Assembly (NCBI GenBank): GCA_049968235.1
Contig: JBMFRC010000047.1
Location: 1 to 780, forward strand
Direction of reading: 5' to 3'
DNA: 780 nucleotides
DNA from: Candidatus Hydrogenedens sp.
GTDB taxonomy: Bacteria > Hydrogenedentota > Hydrogenedentia > Hydrogenedentales > Hydrogenedentaceae
The notes below the pieces were generated by a model that ran no database searches, was not told where the DNA came from, and saw only the letters and a list, made by a program, of their open reading frames with translations. Within the stretch, counting starts at the first letter, position 1. Each line of letters opens with the position of its first letter. Position numbers and translations under genes: made by a program. Positions 1 to 780 of the stretch are shown piece by piece.

Positions 1-109
1 TTAATTCATTAATAGCATTTGTTTTAATCATTCTATTACAATGTTTATCAACAATATTTGCAATCTTAGTTTCAAATTTTTTACCTTTGTTTTTGTTATA
101 ATTTGACAT
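1..109 (-). CDS. Gene A: 5' end (N-terminal 36 aa) of a minus-strand CDS running off the left edge. Hand translation: MSNYNKNKGKKFETKIANIVDKHCNRMIKTNAINEL... Hypothetical protein, possibly the N-terminal helix of a RecU/Hjc/YraN-like PD-(D/E)xK nuclease.
   Basis: The reverse complement of 1-109 reads ATG TCA AAT TAT AAC AAA AAC AAA GGT AAA AAA TTT GAA ... with no stop through to the window edge. The ATG (complement of 107-109) is the first ATG after an in-frame stop (complement of 122-124). Codon position 1 is about 83% purine (30 of 36), which is coding-like. The overlapping plus-strand frame is F/I/L-rich with about 36% purine at position 1, the typical shadow of a K/N-rich gene. The motif N-K-G-x-x-F-E-x-x-I-x-x-x-x-x-K-H echoes the N-terminal 'N-R-G-x-x-L-E..L' of RecU, 'K-G-x-x-x-E-R-E-L..L-E-K-H-G-F' of Hjc and 'G-E-x-L-A-x-x-Y-L' of YraN, but only 36 aa are visible and the catalytic core is outside the window. 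The fragment was probably missed by the ORF track because of a length cutoff. Confidence 0.4.
   Translation of the reverse strand, partial: MSNYNKNKGKKFETKIANIVDKHCNRMIKTNAINEL
94..102 (+). promoter_or_regulatory. Candidate extended -10 promoter element TGTTATAAT (TGnTATAAT consensus) for gene B, with a weak -35-like TTCAAA at 71-76 (20-bp spacer, suboptimal). Predicted TSS is about 109-111, inside the palindrome, giving a leader of about 13-15 nt.
   Basis: Exact match to the extended -10 consensus, read from the sequence. Its position relative to the gene B ATG (124) is appropriate. Caveat: TATAAT-like strings arise frequently by chance in DNA of about 20% GC. Confidence 0.3.
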
Positions 110-126
110 AACTAACGTTAGTTATG
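107..126. promoter_or_regulatory. Perfect 20-bp palindrome CATAACTAACGTTAGTTATG (central ACGT, containing AACGTT). Its two ends are the divergent start codons of gene A (CAT on plus = ATG on minus) and gene B (ATG). Candidate operator for a dimeric DNA-binding protein and/or an 8-bp-stem, 4-nt-loop RNA hairpin that sequesters either start codon.
   Basis: Read directly from the sequence: 107-116 CATAACTAAC is the exact reverse complement of 117-126 GTTAGTTATG. It is the entire intergenic space between the two divergent ORFs plus both start codons. It lies 5 bp downstream of the TGTTATAAT extended -10 at 94-102, where a TSS or operator would sit. Confidence 0.5.
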
Positions 127-540
127 ATGAATGTAATTTTAAATATAATAACAAGAAATATATTAAACAAAGTTTTTATTATGTTTGGTATAATGAGTAT
201 TTCATTAATTGGATTAGGTATATATTCTTACAAATATTATAAATTAAAAACTGAAAATCAAATATTACAAGCACAAGTTAATTCTCTACAACAAAATTAT
301 AACATGTGCAAATTAGATCTTGAAAATGTAACTAATGAATACAACAAATTACAAAATTTACATAACAAAAAACTAAAGAATTGCTATACTACAGTAAAAC
401 AAACTCAAGACAAATGCTTAAAAGAATATTATAATAAAACAATTAAAGATTTAAACTTAAAACCTGAAGATTTGCAAAAAAAACAAATAGAACAATCTGA
501 TGATCAGCTTTTAAACCAGTTAAATAATCTATTCAATTAA
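124..540 (+). CDS. Gene B: complete 138-aa small bitopic membrane protein. It has a short N-terminal tail (1-18), one TM helix (about 19-36, IMFGIMSISLIGLGIYSY), a K-rich juxtamembrane stretch KYYKLK, a roughly 5-heptad amphipathic coiled coil (about 44-85), a Cys-containing linker (C62, C87, C98) and a C-terminal helix (about 105-137). No Trp. It could be an i-spanin(Rz)-like, FtsB/DivIC-like or other membrane-anchored coiled-coil protein, and the family is not assigned.
   Basis: This is the ORF-track ORF. An open frame of 138 codons is very unlikely by chance in 20% GC DNA, where stop codons occur at roughly 0.1 per codon. Codon position 1 is strongly purine-biased. Hydrophobic residues recur with 3,4 spacing at L48, V52, L55, Y59, C62, L66, V69, Y73, L76, H80/L79 and L84, the a/d pattern of a coiled coil. 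There is no lipobox and no signal-peptidase motif. No SD (GGAGG-like) is seen upstream of ATG 124. In-frame alternative starts exist at 127, 181 and 193; 181 would start the protein directly at the TM helix. Confidence 0.7.
   Translation: MMNVILNIITRNILNKVFIMFGIMSISLIGLGIYSYKYYKLKTENQILQAQVNSLQQNYNMCKLDLENVTNEYNKLQNLHNKKLKNCYTTVKQTQDKCLKEYYNKTIKDLNLKPEDLQKKQIEQSDDQLLNQLNNLFN
142..170 (-). promoter_or_regulatory. Possible sigma70-like promoter for gene A on the minus strand: -35 TTGTTT (complement of 165-170), a 17-bp spacer, and -10 TATATT (complement of 142-147). The predicted TSS near 134-135 would give a leader of about 25 nt containing the palindrome.
   Basis: Hexamers and spacing were read by hand from the reverse complement of 110-180. 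The -10 matches TATAAT at 5 of 6 positions, and the -35 matches TTGACA at 3 of 6. It lies inside the 5' coding region of gene B, as expected for tightly packed divergent genes. It is weak evidence because such matches are common in AT-rich DNA. Confidence 0.2.
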
Positions 541-551
541 TTTTTTTGTTG

Positions 552-780
552 CTACATATAGTATATCACATTTACAATTGGTTCATCTCTTTCTATTATA
601 ACAACCTTTTCTGTAACTATACCTACATTATTAACTTCTGTTATTGATACTTTTTTGCCATTATATGCTTGTTGCTTATTACGTATATAGTTTTTAGTTA
701 AAAATGGATATTGCCCTTCTTTTGCAAATTTAATAAAAGTAGCATTAACTACTTCAATATCATTAGTATCTACTTTTTGT
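552..780 (-). CDS. Gene C: 3' end (C-terminal 75 aa plus stop) of a minus-strand CDS entering from the right edge. Hand translation: ...QKVDTNDIEVVNATFIKFAKEGQYPFLTKNYIRNKQQAYNGKKVSITEVNNVGIVTEKVVIIERDEPIVNVIYYM*. Hypothetical protein, family not recognised.
   Basis: The reverse complement of 552-779 is open for 75 codons and ends at TAG (complement of 552-554). The first codon positions are purine-rich. No competing plus-strand ORF is reported for 541-780. The fragment is truncated by the window, so it was probably below the ORF-track length cutoff. Gene C's stop lies only 11 bp from the gene B stop, a convergent arrangement. Confidence 0.55.
   Translation of the reverse strand, partial: QKVDTNDIEVVNATFIKFAKEGQYPFLTKNYIRNKQQAYNGKKVSITEVNNVGIVTEKVVIIERDEPIVNVIYYM

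Noticed and set aside
3-101. Plus-strand open frame entering from the left edge and ending at TAA 99-101 (...NSLIAFVLIILLQCLSTIFAILVSNFLPLFLL*). It could be read as the C-terminus of a hydrophobic protein co-directional with gene B.
   Set aside because: It is the exact antisense of the K/N-rich gene A frame, since AAA/AAT codons reverse-complement to TTT/ATT. Its first codon positions are only about 36% purine, versus about 83% for the minus-strand frame. It has no start in the window. This is the typical shadow ORF seen in AT-rich DNA. The ORF is kept on the minus strand, but at modest confidence.
114-119. AACGTT hexamer (an AclI-type palindromic site) at the palindrome core, as evidence for an RM-system target.
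   Set aside because: A 6-bp palindrome is expected within any longer palindrome, and no methyltransferase or restriction-enzyme motifs are visible in the window. Not informative on its own.
286-362. Near-repeats such as CAACAAAATTAT / CAACAAATTACAAAATTTA inside gene B.
   Set aside because: They encode recurring Q/N/K/L heptad residues of the coiled coil in a low-complexity AT-rich codon set. This is compositional repetition, not a tandem-repeat element or CRISPR-like array.
124-540. Search for an embedded or overlapping Rz1-like o-spanin lipoprotein ORF in the +2 and +3 frames of gene B.
   Set aside because: Every out-of-frame ATG (131, 326, 335, 414, 500) hits a stop within 14 codons or fewer. 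There is no lipobox (L-x-x-C) ORF, so a two-component embedded spanin pair is not supported.
541-551. T7 run directly after the gene B stop as a rho-independent terminator.
   Set aside because: No G+C-rich stem-loop precedes it. The best upstream pairing (TTAA...TTAA around 520-539) is all A-T and very weak. It is treated as an unresolved observation, not a feature.
1-780. tRNA, rRNA, other ncRNA, CRISPR repeats, IS or transposon terminal inverted repeats, and integrase att-like direct repeats.
   Set aside because: No cloverleaf-capable G+C-rich segments are present. There are no spaced direct repeats of 24-40 bp. There are no matching inverted repeats at the window ends beyond trivial 7-mers such as TAGCATT. 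The whole window is accounted for by three coding regions plus the 14-bp and 11-bp intergenic gaps.

Overview
This 780-bp window is extremely AT-rich (about 20% G+C by hand count) and looks like compact prokaryotic or phage-like coding DNA with three genes. Gene A sits on the minus strand: only its N-terminus is in the window (start codon at complement 107-109, running off the left edge), and it is not in the ORF track because it is short. Gene B is the complete 138-aa plus-strand ORF at 124-540, encoding a small single-pass membrane protein with an amphipathic heptad coiled-coil ectodomain and three Cys residues. Gene C is on the minus strand: only its C-terminal 75 aa are in the window (stop TAG at complement 552-554, running off the right edge). 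Gene B is therefore the only plus-strand gene, wedged between two minus-strand genes with a 14-bp gap on one side and an 11-bp gap on the other. The most striking signal is a perfect 20-bp palindrome, CATAACTAACGTTAGTTATG (107-126), whose two ends are exactly the divergent start codons of genes A and B. It lies just downstream of an extended -10 element (TGTTATAAT, 94-102) and is a good candidate for a shared operator or a start-codon-sequestering hairpin. No RNA genes, CRISPR arrays, mobile-element termini or convincing intrinsic terminators are visible. Functional calls are tentative: gene A's N-terminus loosely resembles the first helix of RecU/Hjc/YraN-type PD-(D/E)xK nucleases, gene B resembles spanin-like or FtsB-like bitopic coiled-coil proteins, and gene C is unassigned.
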